A program made the position numbers and the translations under genes. From contig CAWIEK010000009.1 in the NCBI GenBank assembly GCA_963835065.1, positions 64,001-128,000 of the forward strand: 64,000 bases of DNA. The letters are read 5' to 3'. Under the pieces are notes generated by a model. That model was not told where the DNA came from, did not search any database, and saw only the letters and a list, made by a program, of their open reading frames with translations. Source of the DNA: an uncultured Chthonomonadaceae bacterium (GTDB lineage: Bacteria > Armatimonadota > Chthonomonadetes > Chthonomonadales > Chthonomonadaceae). Of the stretch, positions 16,142 through 26,003 are shown piece after piece. Each line of letters starts with the position of its first letter. Positions within the stretch are counted from its first letter, which is position 1.

Positions 16142-18988
16142 CTAACCCGTATTGCGCAGGCCGGCGGAAATGCCGTTGATGGTGGCGGCGAGGGCGTAGT
16201 TGAGTTCGTCGGACTCTTCGCCCTGCCGCTTGCGGCGCAGCAGGTCGAGTTGTATCAGGCTCATCGGGTCTATGTAGGGGTTGCGCAGGCGGATGCTTTC
16301 CGCCAGCATCGTACTGGCTTCCAGCAGTTCCGTTTGCCCCGTAATGCGCAAGAGTACGCGCTTTGTCCGCTCGAACTCCTCACTGATCATCGTGAACACG
16401 CGCTCCCGAACGCCCGCATCGGCCACCAGATCGGCGTACCGACGCGCAATCGTCAAATCCGCTTTTGCCAGCCCGGTTTCCACGTTGCGGATCATGTCTT
16501 CAAACAGGGGGAATTTGCGCAGCATGGTTTGCAGCACGGCTTCATGCGCGGGGTCGGCGTTGAGAAAGCGCTCCACCGCGTACCCGACGCCGAAATAGCC
16601 GGGCAAAACGTGCCGCGACTGCATCCAGCCGAACACCCAGGGAATAGCGCGTAAATCTTCCAAGCCGCGCTTTTGGCTGCGCCGGGTGGGACGCGACCCG
16701 ATGCGCGCGTGTTCCAGTTCCCCAACGGGCGTGGCTTCCTCGAAATAGGGCAGAATGTCCGGGTTTTCCGCGACATTGGCGCGGTAGAACTGAAACGCTT
16801 CCTCGGACATGCCATTCAGCGCGGCTTCCCACTCCGGTTCGATGTTTGCGCCCCACCCGCCTGCCCGCGTCAGGGCTTCCAGCGAGGCGGCGACCATCAA
16901 TTCCAGATTGCGCTCGGCAATCACGCCGTCCGCGAATTTCCAGTTGAGAACTTCCCCCTGTTCGGTTATTTTCAGCGGGCCGTCAAACGAGTTGGGCGGC
17001 TGCGCGGCAATGGCGCGGTGCGTCGGTCCCCCGCCACGCCCCACCGTGCCGCCGCGTCCGTGAAACAAGCGCAGTTTGACATTGCACTCCCGCGCCACGT
17101 CGTGCAGGGCGCGGTGCGCCTTGAAAATCTCCCACGTGCTTGTCAGCATCCCGCCGTCTTTGTTGCTGTCGGAATAGCCCAGCATTACTTCCTGCATTCT
17201 GCCCCATGAATTCAGCAGAGGCGCGTAACTTTCCGACTGCCATAAAGCGCGGCAGATTTCGGGACAGTTGCGCAGGTCTTCGATGCTTTCAAACAGGGGC
17301 ACAGGCATGATGCCGGGATCGCTGCCGTCTTCACTCGCGGCCACGCACACGCCGTTGGACTGGAGCAGCCACACAAGAGAAAGCATGTCGTCTACGCCCG
17401 TCGTGCCGCTGATGATATAGGTTCGGATGGACTGCGGCGGAAACTGCCGCTTGATGTCGGCCAGAGCGCGCATCGTTTCCATTAGCTGCGTGGTTTCCGG
17501 GGCGGGCGCGGGCGGCACAACAATGGATTCCCCGGTTCCGATTTGCGCTCCGGTTGCCAGGTCGCGCATCGCCTGCGCGTGGATTTTGGCGTGTTGGCGA
17601 ATGTCAAGCGTATGCAGATGAAACCCGAACGCCCGCACCTGCCGCAAAAGCGGATCAATCAGCAGGCGGGCAAGCCGCGCGCCCCGATGGGCGGTCAGGC
17701 TGTTGCGTACCAGATTCAGGTCGGCGGCAAAGGCTTCCGCGTTGGCATAGGCGTGAAGGGTGTCGCGCAGGTTGGCCGCGTCCTGCGGTTCCAAACTGCT
17801 TTTCAGGCGGAAGAGGACATACGCGAGAAAGCCGCGATAACTCTCATCCGTAGACTTGGTGCGGAATTGCGCTTCGTCCAGCCGGATGCTTTGCGCGTAA
17901 TCGGCAAGCGCCGCCAGCAGTTCATCCGAAACCGTCACCTGTTTTGCGGAAGAACTGAGCTGCTCGATAACATCGGCAACGCCGTGAATGTAATGCGAAA
18001 CAATGGTTTTCCGCGCCAGAAGCAGGGCACTGCGCGTCGTGTCGGGCGTGACGAAGGGGTTGCCGTCCCGGTCGCCGCCGATCCACGAGCCGAAGCGCAG
18101 CACGTCCGGCAGTTGTTCGGGCGTCAGCGGCATATTGTAAACCGTGTGAAAGGCGTCGGCAAAGGTTTCGTACAAACGCGGCAGGCTGGCAATCAGGGCG
18201 TTGGGATAATAGTCCAATCCCATACGGATTTCGTCGCGCACGGTAGGGGCGCGTCGCCTTACTTCATCCGTCTGCCATAGCGCGGTAATATCCCCCGCCA
18301 TAATGTTCTCGCGCTCCCGCGCTTCCAGATCGGTCAGCGGCAGCCAGTCCAGCCGTTCGATCTGATCGGCGATCCGCCGCCGCTTGAACAGAACCGTGCG
18401 TCGCGCCACTTCCGTCGGGTGCGCGGTAAACGTCGGCACAACCTCAATACGCCCAAAGATCTCCAGCGCCTGCTGCGCGTCAATGCCGTGCCGACACAAC
18501 CTTTGCAGCGTTCCCAGCATGGAACCCGGCTGCGGCTTGCGGTCAGGGTTGACCAATGCCGCCCGCAGCCGCCGCTTGCGGTGATTGGCTTCCGCCAGAT
18601 TGGTCAACTCAAAATAAATCGAAAACGCTTTGGTAACGCAGTACGCATCGTCCACGCTCAATTGCCGGATACGGTGTTCCAGGTTAAGGGTTGAGGGCGA
18701 AGAAAGTGATGAATGATGAGTGCTGAGTGATGAATGGGAATTCAATTCATCATTCATCATTCCGCGTTCATCATTTCCCCTGTATTCGATTGCCAGCCGC
18801 CGCAGGGTTTCGACGGTTTCAAAGAGTTCCGTGCCGCCCTGTTCCTGCAGGACTTCGCCTAACAGCCTGCCCAGGGAGCGCACGTCGCGGCGCAGGGGCG
18901 CTTCTTTCTCGTTGGGCGCGGTGGTAATCAATTCCTGCAAACGCGCGATTTGTTCCGTACTCGCCCACAAAGGCTGTTGCTCTGTCAT
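16142..18988 (-). CDS. ppc: Phosphoenolpyruvate carboxylase
   Basis: FTAHPT, GSWIGGDRDGNP, MLGYSDSNKDGG, FHGRGGTVGRGG, LRAIPW and C-terminal LRNTG. Confidence 0.98.
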   Translation of the reverse strand: MTEQQPLWASTEQIARLQELITTAPNEKEAPLRRDVRSLGRLLGEVLQEQGGTELFETVETLRRLAIEYRGNDERGMMNDELNSHSSLSTHHSSLSSPSTLNLEHRIRQLSVDDAYCVTKAFSIYFELTNLAEANHRKRRLRAALVNPDRKPQPGSMLGTLQRLCRHGIDAQQALEIFGRIEVVPTFTAHPTEVARRTVLFKRRRIADQIERLDWLPLTDLEARERENIMAGDITALWQTDEVRRRAPTVRDEIRMGLDYYPNALIASLPRLYETFADAFHTVYNMPLTPEQLPDVLRFGSWIGGDRDGNPFVTPDTTRSALLLARKTIVSHYIHGVADVIEQLSSSAKQVTVSDELLAALADYAQSIRLDEAQFRTKSTDESYRGFLAYVLFRLKSSLEPQDAANLRDTLHAYANAEAFAADLNLVRNSLTAHRGARLARLLIDPLLRQVRAFGFHLHTLDIRQHAKIHAQAMRDLATGAQIGTGESIVVPPAPAPETTQLMETMRALADIKRQFPPQSIRTYIISGTTGVDDMLSLVWLLQSNGVCVAASEDGSDPGIMPVPLFESIEDLRNCPEICRALWQSESYAPLLNSWGRMQEVMLGYSDSNKDGGMLTSTWEIFKAHRALHDVARECNVKLRLFHGRGGTVGRGGGPTHRAIAAQPPNSFDGPLKITEQGEVLNWKFADGVIAERNLELMVAASLEALTRAGGWGANIEPEWEAALNGMSEEAFQFYRANVAENPDILPYFEEATPVGELEHARIGSRPTRRSQKRGLEDLRAIPWVFGWMQSRHVLPGYFGVGYAVERFLNADPAHEAVLQTMLRKFPLFEDMIRNVETGLAKADLTIARRYADLVADAGVRERVFTMISEEFERTKRVLLRITGQTELLEASTMLAESIRLRNPYIDPMSLIQLDLLRRKRQGEESDELNYALAATINGISAGLRNTG

Positions 18989-19100
18989 TCGTACCCCCCA
19001 CGTCTGCTCTCATGGATAATGTTGTTTATACGCGGAACATTTGCGATTGTTCGGAGGCTATGTCATTTTCACTTAATCCTGCGCGCCGATGCCGCAGGTA

Positions 19101-19129
19101 TTGACAATCGAACAAATATAACTTACAAT
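19101..19129 (+). promoter_or_regulatory. Sigma-70 promoter
   Basis: TTGACA-N17-TACAAT upstream of the gene at 19192. Confidence 0.7.
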
Positions 19130-19191
19130 AAATATCTCACTTACCTACAAATGAGTTACGCAGTTTCTACGTCGCATTGAAAGGAGCCGTC

Positions 19192-20211
19192 ATGAGCGAA
19201 GAGGAAGAAGGGGCGGGAGGCATCGAGATTACCGACTCCGTGATTATGAACTCGGAAGTCACCTCATCGGAAAAGTCGGGATTCGCGCCTTTTCTGGAAG
19301 CGACGCGGCAGGCTTCAGACCGTTCGCGGTTTATGATCTACCTGATTCTGGTGGCCGTTGTCGCCAGTTTCGGCGTATATCGTTCCGGGCGCGCGCCGGG
19401 ATGGAACAGCAAGCGTATTGCCTTCTACAGCAAAGTGTCCGGCTGCTACAAGCCCGGATGGGAACACTCGCAGGACCCGGACTGCGCGTACATCTACCGC
19501 TATCGTCAGGAACTTGGCGTACCACTGCCAAAAAACTTCGACAAGGATACGGCGGAAGCGGTTGCCAAGACTTACGAGAAGCAGCGCGACGAGGCTATCA
19601 AGGCCCGCCAGGAAGCGCTGACCATCAGCGTCCCCATTCTGGGCGCGAAATTCGACATCAACGATTTAGGGATGGTCAGCGGGGCGGCATTGATGGCGTT
19701 GCTGTTCATGCTGTACGCTTCCGCGCAGCGCGAGTCCCAAAACTTACGCATTGCGATGGACAAGGCGCGCACGTCTACCGATCTGGTACTGCTGGAATCC
19801 ACGCAGGTGTTTTCTTCAGCGAACCATAACAACGCGCTCGCCGAGATCGTTACCGCCGTGCTGTACGCCCTACCCGTGTTGATTTTAGCCGTGATAGATC
19901 GTTACAACTTTGTTCGGCGCGTCAACAGCATTTTCCTGCAGGGATCACTTGCCTTCTATATGGAATACGCTTTGAAGCTGCTGCTGACGGCAGCGACAGC
20001 GCGGGGCGCGTATCTGTGCTGGCACGAATCGAGAGCGATTAACCGGCAATTAGATGACCTGCGTACCAAAGAAACGAAACTCCGGGCAGAAGAGGCGAAA
20101 GCAACGCAGGATAAAGAGCGGGAGCGCGCGCAAAAGCAGCAAGGCGCGTCCCTCGCTCACACTCCGGCGCAGCAAAACGGAACATCGCAACAACCGTCGG
20201 TAACAAACTGA
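19192..20211 (+). CDS. Hypothetical multi-pass membrane protein
   Basis: AAGGAG RBS; about four hydrophobic segments; C-terminal coiled coil. Confidence 0.75.
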   Translation: MSEEEEGAGGIEITDSVIMNSEVTSSEKSGFAPFLEATRQASDRSRFMIYLILVAVVASFGVYRSGRAPGWNSKRIAFYSKVSGCYKPGWEHSQDPDCAYIYRYRQELGVPLPKNFDKDTAEAVAKTYEKQRDEAIKARQEALTISVPILGAKFDINDLGMVSGAALMALLFMLYASAQRESQNLRIAMDKARTSTDLVLLESTQVFSSANHNNALAEIVTAVLYALPVLILAVIDRYNFVRRVNSIFLQGSLAFYMEYALKLLLTAATARGAYLCWHESRAINRQLDDLRTKETKLRAEEAKATQDKERERAQKQQGASLAHTPAQQNGTSQQPSVTN

Positions 20212-20300
20212 AAACATCATTCCAACAATGGCCTGAGCAGGAATAGCCATTCTTATGCGGAACTCTATAAAAGGCAACTTGGAAGATGAGGAGGAATACG

Positions 20301-20546
20301 GTGCATCAAATTTCGCTTGAAGACGCCGCCGCGCGTCTGCCGCAACTTGTGGCTGAAGCCGGGAACGGTGAAGACGTTGTGCTAACGCAAAACAATCAGC
20401 CTGTCGCCCGGTTGATTCCGGTTGCGCCTGCCGTGTCGCGCCCACGCCGGGAACCCGGCAGCGCTAAAGGCATTATTCTGCACATTGCGGATGATTTCGC
20501 CGCGACGCCGGAAGAATTTGAGGCGTATCTTGGACGTGCCTGCTAA
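20301..20546 (+). CDS. Phd/YefM-family antitoxin
   Basis: GAGGAGG RBS, GTG start; ISLEDAAARLPQLVAEAGNGEDVVLT..PVARLIP..REPGSAKG..DDFAATPEEF. Confidence 0.85.
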   Translation: MHQISLEDAAARLPQLVAEAGNGEDVVLTQNNQPVARLIPVAPAVSRPRREPGSAKGIILHIADDFAATPEEFEAYLGRAC

Positions 20547-20576
20547 CAGCGTACAGCGTTTGTGGTAATGTTGTAT

Positions 20577-21431
20577 TTATGGATTCTGCGTTTCGGATCC
20601 CGTATTAGAAGCGCGAAGCAACTGCTGCGGTTCCGTCGGCGCACTGGAAACGACCGGGCGCAGCAACGTATCGAGCGCGTCTGGTTGCGTTCCGGCGCGC
20701 AACAGAGTTTGTTCCACGCGGGCATGTTCGGCGCGCTGCTGTACATACGGCAAGCACTCCTGCGCGGCAAAACGCACTTGCGGATTGCGGGCTGTACGCG
20801 CCAACTTCTCCACATGCGGAACCGCTTTCTCATCCCCAATTTGTTCCAGCGCCTTCAAAATGGCTATCTTCAAATCTGCGCCCCAAAATCGTCCGTAGTA
20901 TGGAAAATACTCGTCATTGCTCAGACAACGATACAGACATTTGCGCTGCTGGGACGTAAGCAGGATGGTATCCGTAGCCTGTAATCGCGGCAGCATTTGT
21001 ATCAACATTCCTTTGAAACGCGCGTTTCGCAGAAGTTGTGATGTGGCATAAACTTCAATGAGCGGGCCAATTGCCTGTGGAATATCCAGAACTGCGATGT
21101 TGCGGGCAACGCGACTCTTCCATTGCGAAAACAGATATAGCACCCCTATAAAGCCGCAGCTGAAGAAGATTGAGTAGTCTCTGACAAAGCCATGTCCGGG
21201 AAGAGTGCCGAACATTACAGCCGGAATGTAAAGCAAGCCATAAATAGTTACAAAGACCATTTCCAGTTTGCGTATACGATTCAGCCGTTTTATATCACCG
21301 GCAATTAAGGCTTGCAAGTCGGCTTGCGCCTGCTGCCGTTCCGCGTCGTTGGAACTGTTCAGGCGGCGGGCGAGCGCGACGGTATCCACATCCGTAGGAA
21401 ATGTCGGCATAAAGCGCGTTTTCTCCGGCAT
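20577..21431 (-). CDS. Membrane protein with HEAT repeats and LLRP-repeat tail
   Basis: Two TM segments; AILKALEQIGDEKAVPHVEKLA..VRFAAQECLP; tail TLLRA..TLLRP..QLLRA. Confidence 0.8.
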   Translation of the reverse strand: MPEKTRFMPTFPTDVDTVALARRLNSSNDAERQQAQADLQALIAGDIKRLNRIRKLEMVFVTIYGLLYIPAVMFGTLPGHGFVRDYSIFFSCGFIGVLYLFSQWKSRVARNIAVLDIPQAIGPLIEVYATSQLLRNARFKGMLIQMLPRLQATDTILLTSQQRKCLYRCLSNDEYFPYYGRFWGADLKIAILKALEQIGDEKAVPHVEKLARTARNPQVRFAAQECLPYVQQRAEHARVEQTLLRAGTQPDALDTLLRPVVSSAPTEPQQLLRASNTGSETQNP

Positions 21432-21562
21432 GGGCGCGTTGTTGAGGGTGCGCGCAATGCGAACAGGGGTGTGCAGCCTGGCAAAGCGTTACTTTTACTC
21501 AGATGGCGCGTCGTACCTGTAGCGTGTATACTGAGGGTATCCCTTTCGTTGACGGAGTAACC

Positions 21563-22024
21563 ATGTCGCGTGGCGCAGAACCAGAACAATCCAATAATCT
21601 TATTCTAAACGAACCTTCGGATTCGCCTGCCGATGCCAAAATCACGCCACACCCTGACCAAGTTTCCGCGCATCTTGCCAATGAGCGCACCTTTCTGGCG
21701 TGGAGTTTCACGTCCCTGTTCATCATGAGCGGCGGGGTCGCGTTGGCGCGAGCGTTGGTTGCGCTGAATACATCGCCACTATCGTCAGGAGCAAGCGGCG
21801 CGGCAGTGGTTATTTTTTATCCCACAACGCTGGGCCTGATATTCCTGGCGGCGGGGCTGGCGATTATGGTCATGGCGGCCTGTCGCTATATGAGCGCGCA
21901 GGAACAGATTATCCAGCGCCGCTATCGCCCTTGCAGTACATGGGTGATGGTGTACCTCGCCATTATTCTGGCGCTGTGCGCGATTCTGGCCGGGTTCCTG
22001 CTGCAATTACGGGGCACTTTGTAA
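21563..22024 (+). CDS. DUF202 / YidH-like membrane protein
   Basis: HLANERTFLAW signature; three TM segments. Confidence 0.88.
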   Translation: MSRGAEPEQSNNLILNEPSDSPADAKITPHPDQVSAHLANERTFLAWSFTSLFIMSGGVALARALVALNTSPLSSGASGAAVVIFYPTTLGLIFLAAGLAIMVMAACRYMSAQEQIIQRRYRPCSTWVMVYLAIILALCAILAGFLLQLRGTL

Positions 22025-22247
22025 AAGGGTCTGTCAAACGCGCGCAAGTTCTTAGGGACTTTCACCAAAATAAACGTTCCACCTGACCGAGTCGTGAACG
22101 ACCCGTCTAATGGGCGTTCCGCCAGCCAGTCTGCGACCGGAACACTTATTTTTGTGAAAGTCCCTTACTGCTTACGCCGCTCCTCATTTCTTCGCCTACA
22201 GTTTGTACTCTTACCGATCTTTTCCTCACCAATCACAATGAACCACT

Positions 22248-23087
22248 ATGACAAACACACTACGCAAACCTGTTCTGGACGCCGCATTTTGGGCATGTAA
22301 ACCGCTTATAGGCATGGTACACCTGGGCGCGCTGCCGGGAAGTCCGCGCGATACCGGCGAACCGATAGACGCGCTGCTGCAACGCGCCATAGCCGACGCG
22401 CAGGCATTGGAAGCCGGGGGAGCTGACGCCATCATGGTGGAAAACTTCTTCGACGCGCCTTTTGCCAAAGACCATCTGCCGCCGCATACGGTTGCCGCGC
22501 TGACGCGGGCGGTACAGGCCGTGCGAGACGCGACAAATTTGCCGATTGGCGTCAATGCCCTGCGCAATGACGCGCTTGCCGCCATCGCCATCGCGCACGT
22601 TTGCGGCGCGCAGTTTGTTCGTATCAACGTCTTTGTCGGCGCGGCGGTGACGGATCAGGGAATCATCGAGGGCGCGGCGCGGGCGGCCAATCTGTACCGC
22701 CGGGAACTGCGCGCGGACGTGCAGCTATGGGCAGACGTGTTCGTAAAACACGCCGCGCAATTGGGCGCGAACACGCTGGAAGACGCCGCCAAAGACGCCG
22801 TATTGCGCGGGCTTGCCGATGCCCTGATCGTCAGCGGAACCGCAACCGGCAACGCTACCGCCCCCGACGATGTTCGCCGCGTGAAGCAGGCCGCGCCCCA
22901 AACGCCCGTGCTGATCGGCAGCGGCTTTGACGCCGACACCGCGCCCGCATTGCTTGTCCATGCGGATGGCGCGATTGTCGGCACGAGCCTGAAGCGCGAC
23001 GGCCAGGTTGCCAATCCCGTTGATACTTCCCGCGTCCGCAGTCTGCGCCAGGCCATGCGGGGAGAAATGAACCACCCGCTGCGCTAG
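22248..23087 (+). CDS. BtpA/SgcQ family protein
   Basis: IGMVHLGALPGSP; VENFFDAPF; GVNALRND; ADVFVKH. Confidence 0.93.
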   Translation: MTNTLRKPVLDAAFWACKPLIGMVHLGALPGSPRDTGEPIDALLQRAIADAQALEAGGADAIMVENFFDAPFAKDHLPPHTVAALTRAVQAVRDATNLPIGVNALRNDALAAIAIAHVCGAQFVRINVFVGAAVTDQGIIEGAARAANLYRRELRADVQLWADVFVKHAAQLGANTLEDAAKDAVLRGLADALIVSGTATGNATAPDDVRRVKQAAPQTPVLIGSGFDADTAPALLVHADGAIVGTSLKRDGQVANPVDTSRVRSLRQAMRGEMNHPLR

Positions 23088-23106
23088 AGACACAGAGACA
23101 CAGAGG
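23069..23106. repeat. CACAGAG-family repeat (half element)
   Basis: aaccacccgctgcgctagagacacagag is identical to the start of the element at 57195. Confidence 0.75.
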
Positions 23107-23241
23107 AAAAGCAATGCGAGAGGAACGACGAGAGAAACAACCGGCATACTCATGCCCACAGGACAATTGGCCGCTGGCCTAACAACCGGTATTTTATATA
23201 CCGGTTGAAAATGGCAGTCTCATGTTTTACAGGTTTGCCTG

Positions 23242-23487
23242 TTACGAGCGTTGGGTTACGTCCCAAACCACGTCTCGGATGCCGGGGATGGTGCGCAGGA
23301 TTTGTGAAATCTGCATCATTTCGGCTTTCAGGTCCACGCCGGGATGGGAGCGCAGCGTACCCAGGACGCCGGTGAGATGCACGTTCCCACCGATCACGCT
23401 CACGCTGAGCATGGAAGTATCTACGTACCGCCGCGCAATTTGGGCGCGCACCTTGCGCGTCTCTTCCTTGTTGTTATGAGCAGACAT
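23242..23487 (-). CDS. Small protein, BON-domain-like
   Basis: 81 aa; LSVSVIGGNVHLTGVL..IPGIRDVVWD resembles BON motifs. Confidence 0.6.
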   Translation of the reverse strand: MSAHNNKEETRKVRAQIARRYVDTSMLSVSVIGGNVHLTGVLGTLRSHPGVDLKAEMMQISQILRTIPGIRDVVWDVTQRS

Positions 23488-23574
23488 TTTCGACTTCTTT
23501 CTCACGCGCCTTGCGTGAAGAGTGGAACGCCTTGCGCCGCAACGCGCCCCGCGAACCATGTTAATGCGCCCTGT

Positions 23575-23678
23575 TCAAATAAGAGTTCGTAGGGGCGCAA
23601 TTTATTGCGCCCTCTTGGAACCGGCAACTTGTGGACTGGAACCGGCAATTTATTGCGCCCCTACGAACTCTTATTTGA
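23575..23678. repeat. Inverted pair of GTAG-type REP elements
   Basis: GTAGGGGCGCAATTTATTGCGCCC plus a partial inverse copy; flanks tcaaataagagttc/gaactcttatttga are complementary. Confidence 0.85.
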
Positions 23679-23778
23679 CTGGCTGGCTTGAGAATACGAC
23701 CTGCCGCCGTAGTGAAGGACATAAATAAATCTATCTACTTGTAGACGCGAAAAAACTCTGCTTCGTTCCTCTGCCTGT

Positions 23779-24303
23779 TTACCCTTGCTTTTCAGGTGCT
23801 TTTGGCACTGAAGCCTCGGATGCTTCTCCGGCCTCGCTTGCGCGCAACAGGCTGTCGCCTGTTACCGGGGTTACGCCCTGCGCGGGACGGAGCAGAATGT
23901 CCGGGTTTGCAGGCGGCTCGGACGAGGGATGCAGCAGGGTTTGCGCCAAATAGCCCGGTTCGGTTCGCTCCCGCATCCGATGCAGGCATTGCGTCGCCGC
24001 TTCCCGCACTTCCGAGGAGGTTCGCAGGGCCGCGTTGGGCAGGCTCACAAACTCGACATGGCGCATAACCCACGCCAGATTTCGTATCCCTTCCCGCTCC
24101 TGAAGGGCGCGGAGGGTGGCAATCACTTCGTCCGGCGTGTAATCCCCGTGGCGGTTCACGCAGAGATTGGCGAGACTGCGCTGCGCCTGCTCCCGAACTC
24201 CAATGTCGGCGTCGCACAGGCCGTTGAGCAACCATTGAATATGCGCCTCCTGCGTTTGAGCCGGAGGCATTTTGCGCAGCCATTGTATGATTTGAGCCAG
24301 CAT
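23779..24303 (-). CDS. HEAT-repeat protein with LLRP-repeat tail
   Basis: ATG after GGAG; LCDADIGVREQAQRSL; VREAATQCL; tail TLLHP..ILLRP..SLLRA. Confidence 0.7.
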   Translation of the reverse strand: MLAQIIQWLRKMPPAQTQEAHIQWLLNGLCDADIGVREQAQRSLANLCVNRHGDYTPDEVIATLRALQEREGIRNLAWVMRHVEFVSLPNAALRTSSEVREAATQCLHRMRERTEPGYLAQTLLHPSSEPPANPDILLRPAQGVTPVTGDSLLRASEAGEASEASVPKAPEKQG

Positions 24304-24432
24304 CCACCCTGCTCCACGCCAACCGGCAACATTCCCGCTTGCAAGTGGTATCAATATGCGGCACTCAAACAAGTTTTTCCTGCTCGAATCCGAAACCAAA
24401 CCAAATTCCTGTCCGTTTAGCCATAATAGAGA

Positions 24433-25785
24433 GTGGGCATACTCGCCATCACTCGAAACGTTCTGCAAGCAACGACACAAACAACCAACAGATATAAAAC
24501 GAAAGCAACGCTTTTGCGTCGAACACTGGAAACCGAACAAACTCCAACCCTGGACGCGCCCCTGCTGAACGCGCGGCCTGCCGTCACAACCGAGGCGGAC
24601 GTGGTGGCAAAACGCGGCTTGCACGCGCCCGAAACGCAAACGCAGCAGACCGCTGCTATTGCCACGCGCAACCCCAACGCTATTGTCGCCCTGCCACCCA
24701 CCCCGCAGCAGCTTGCCGTGAAAGCGCAGGTTGCGGAAGCGATTGCTCAACGGCAGCGCGAACAGCAAAAGCGGCGACTGGTGGAACACGTTGTCAATGG
24801 CGACGGCGGGCCGTATCAGTGGCATGCCAGTGTTTTTGAAACGTTTGGCTACGCGCTTGCGTCAGGAATGGCAACGAGTGACGCCTTGCGGCAGGCAACG
24901 CGCGCGGCGAACCCGCAGATGCAAGCCCTGTTCGCGGACATTGCCGCGCAGATCGAGCAGGGCGCGACACTGGTACAGGCGCTCAAAACGCATCAGGAGC
25001 AGTTGCCCGACATCGTTGTACCCATCTTTGAACATGGGCTGATTTACGGCACGGCGGAAAATGCGGCGCGACAGACAGCCAGAGCCTTGCAGCAACTGGC
25101 GGGCGTACAATCCAAATTCGAGTACAGCGCGCTTAATCCCGGCTTTGTGATGCCCCTGATTGCGGGCGGCATTATGATTTTGGCGCTGCTGCCATTTTTT
25201 TTAATCTGCGCCAATCCGCTGGTTCCCTATACGCTGTTTTGCGCGTTGATGTTCGGCGGAAGCGCATTAGTCTGGAAGTTCCGGCATAAGCTGACGCAGC
25301 GCAAGGCTGCGAATGTCGCTGTATCAAAATTTGTGCTGCGCGGTTGGGGCAAAGGATTTGTGCGGCGTCAGATGGGCGGGGCGCAGTGGTCACGCACATT
25401 TGCCGCGCTGTGGCACTGCGGCGTTCCCATCAGTTCCGCGCTGGAAGCGGCAGGACGCAGCACGCGCAACGCGCACTACGAAAGCATTTTGTGCGAAGCC
25501 GCGCAAGCCGCGCGCAATGGCGTGAGTTTGAGCGACAGCCTGGCGCAAGTCGGCTTGCTCAAAGGCGAAATGATCAACACCCTTCGCACGGGCGAAATGA
25601 CGGGCGACTTAGGTCCCGTTCTGGAGCAATACGCGGACGTCCTGGAAGACGACGCCAAGCAGCGAGGCGCGCAGGTCTTGTTTCTGAGTACCTTCGGCCT
25701 GGTATTCGCGTGTGCCCTGATCATCTGCATCCTGGCGCTGATCTTCGCCTACATCTATTCCGGCAGGCCGATGCCGGTAGACTAG
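24433..25785 (+). CDS. Type II secretion system F / PilC-family protein
   Basis: Two T2SSF-like domains (IEQGATLVQAL; GVSLSDSL..GEMTGDL) with TM segments; start uncertain. Confidence 0.85.
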   Translation: MGILAITRNVLQATTQTTNRYKTKATLLRRTLETEQTPTLDAPLLNARPAVTTEADVVAKRGLHAPETQTQQTAAIATRNPNAIVALPPTPQQLAVKAQVAEAIAQRQREQQKRRLVEHVVNGDGGPYQWHASVFETFGYALASGMATSDALRQATRAANPQMQALFADIAAQIEQGATLVQALKTHQEQLPDIVVPIFEHGLIYGTAENAARQTARALQQLAGVQSKFEYSALNPGFVMPLIAGGIMILALLPFFLICANPLVPYTLFCALMFGGSALVWKFRHKLTQRKAANVAVSKFVLRGWGKGFVRRQMGGAQWSRTFAALWHCGVPISSALEAAGRSTRNAHYESILCEAAQAARNGVSLSDSLAQVGLLKGEMINTLRTGEMTGDLGPVLEQYADVLEDDAKQRGAQVLFLSTFGLVFACALIICILALIFAYIYSGRPMPVD

Positions 25786-25810
25786 CGGCAAAACGAACGA
25801 AAAGAACCTT

Positions 25811-25977
25811 CACCACAGAGGCACAGAGACACAGAGGGGTCACAGAGGGGAAGAAAAGAAGAAGAGAAGAAGAGAAGAAAAGGAGAGGGAACAGCCAAAT
25901 ATACGAAGCGTCATAGTTCCTCCTTTCCTTTTCTTTATTCTCTCTATGAAACCTCTGTGTCTCTGTGCCTCTGTGGT
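25811..25977. repeat. CACAGAG-family inverted element
   Basis: caccacagaggcacagagacacagagg ... cctctgtgtctctgtgcctctgtggtg with AG-rich and CT-rich inner arms. Confidence 0.85.
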
Positions 25978-26003
25978 GGGAACGAATTTTTAAGGAGTTG
26001 ACT

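Noticed and set aside
24304..24825. Upstream part of ORF 23779-24825
   Set aside because: Overlaps the PilC-like gene on the other strand; a better start with an RBS lies at 24303.
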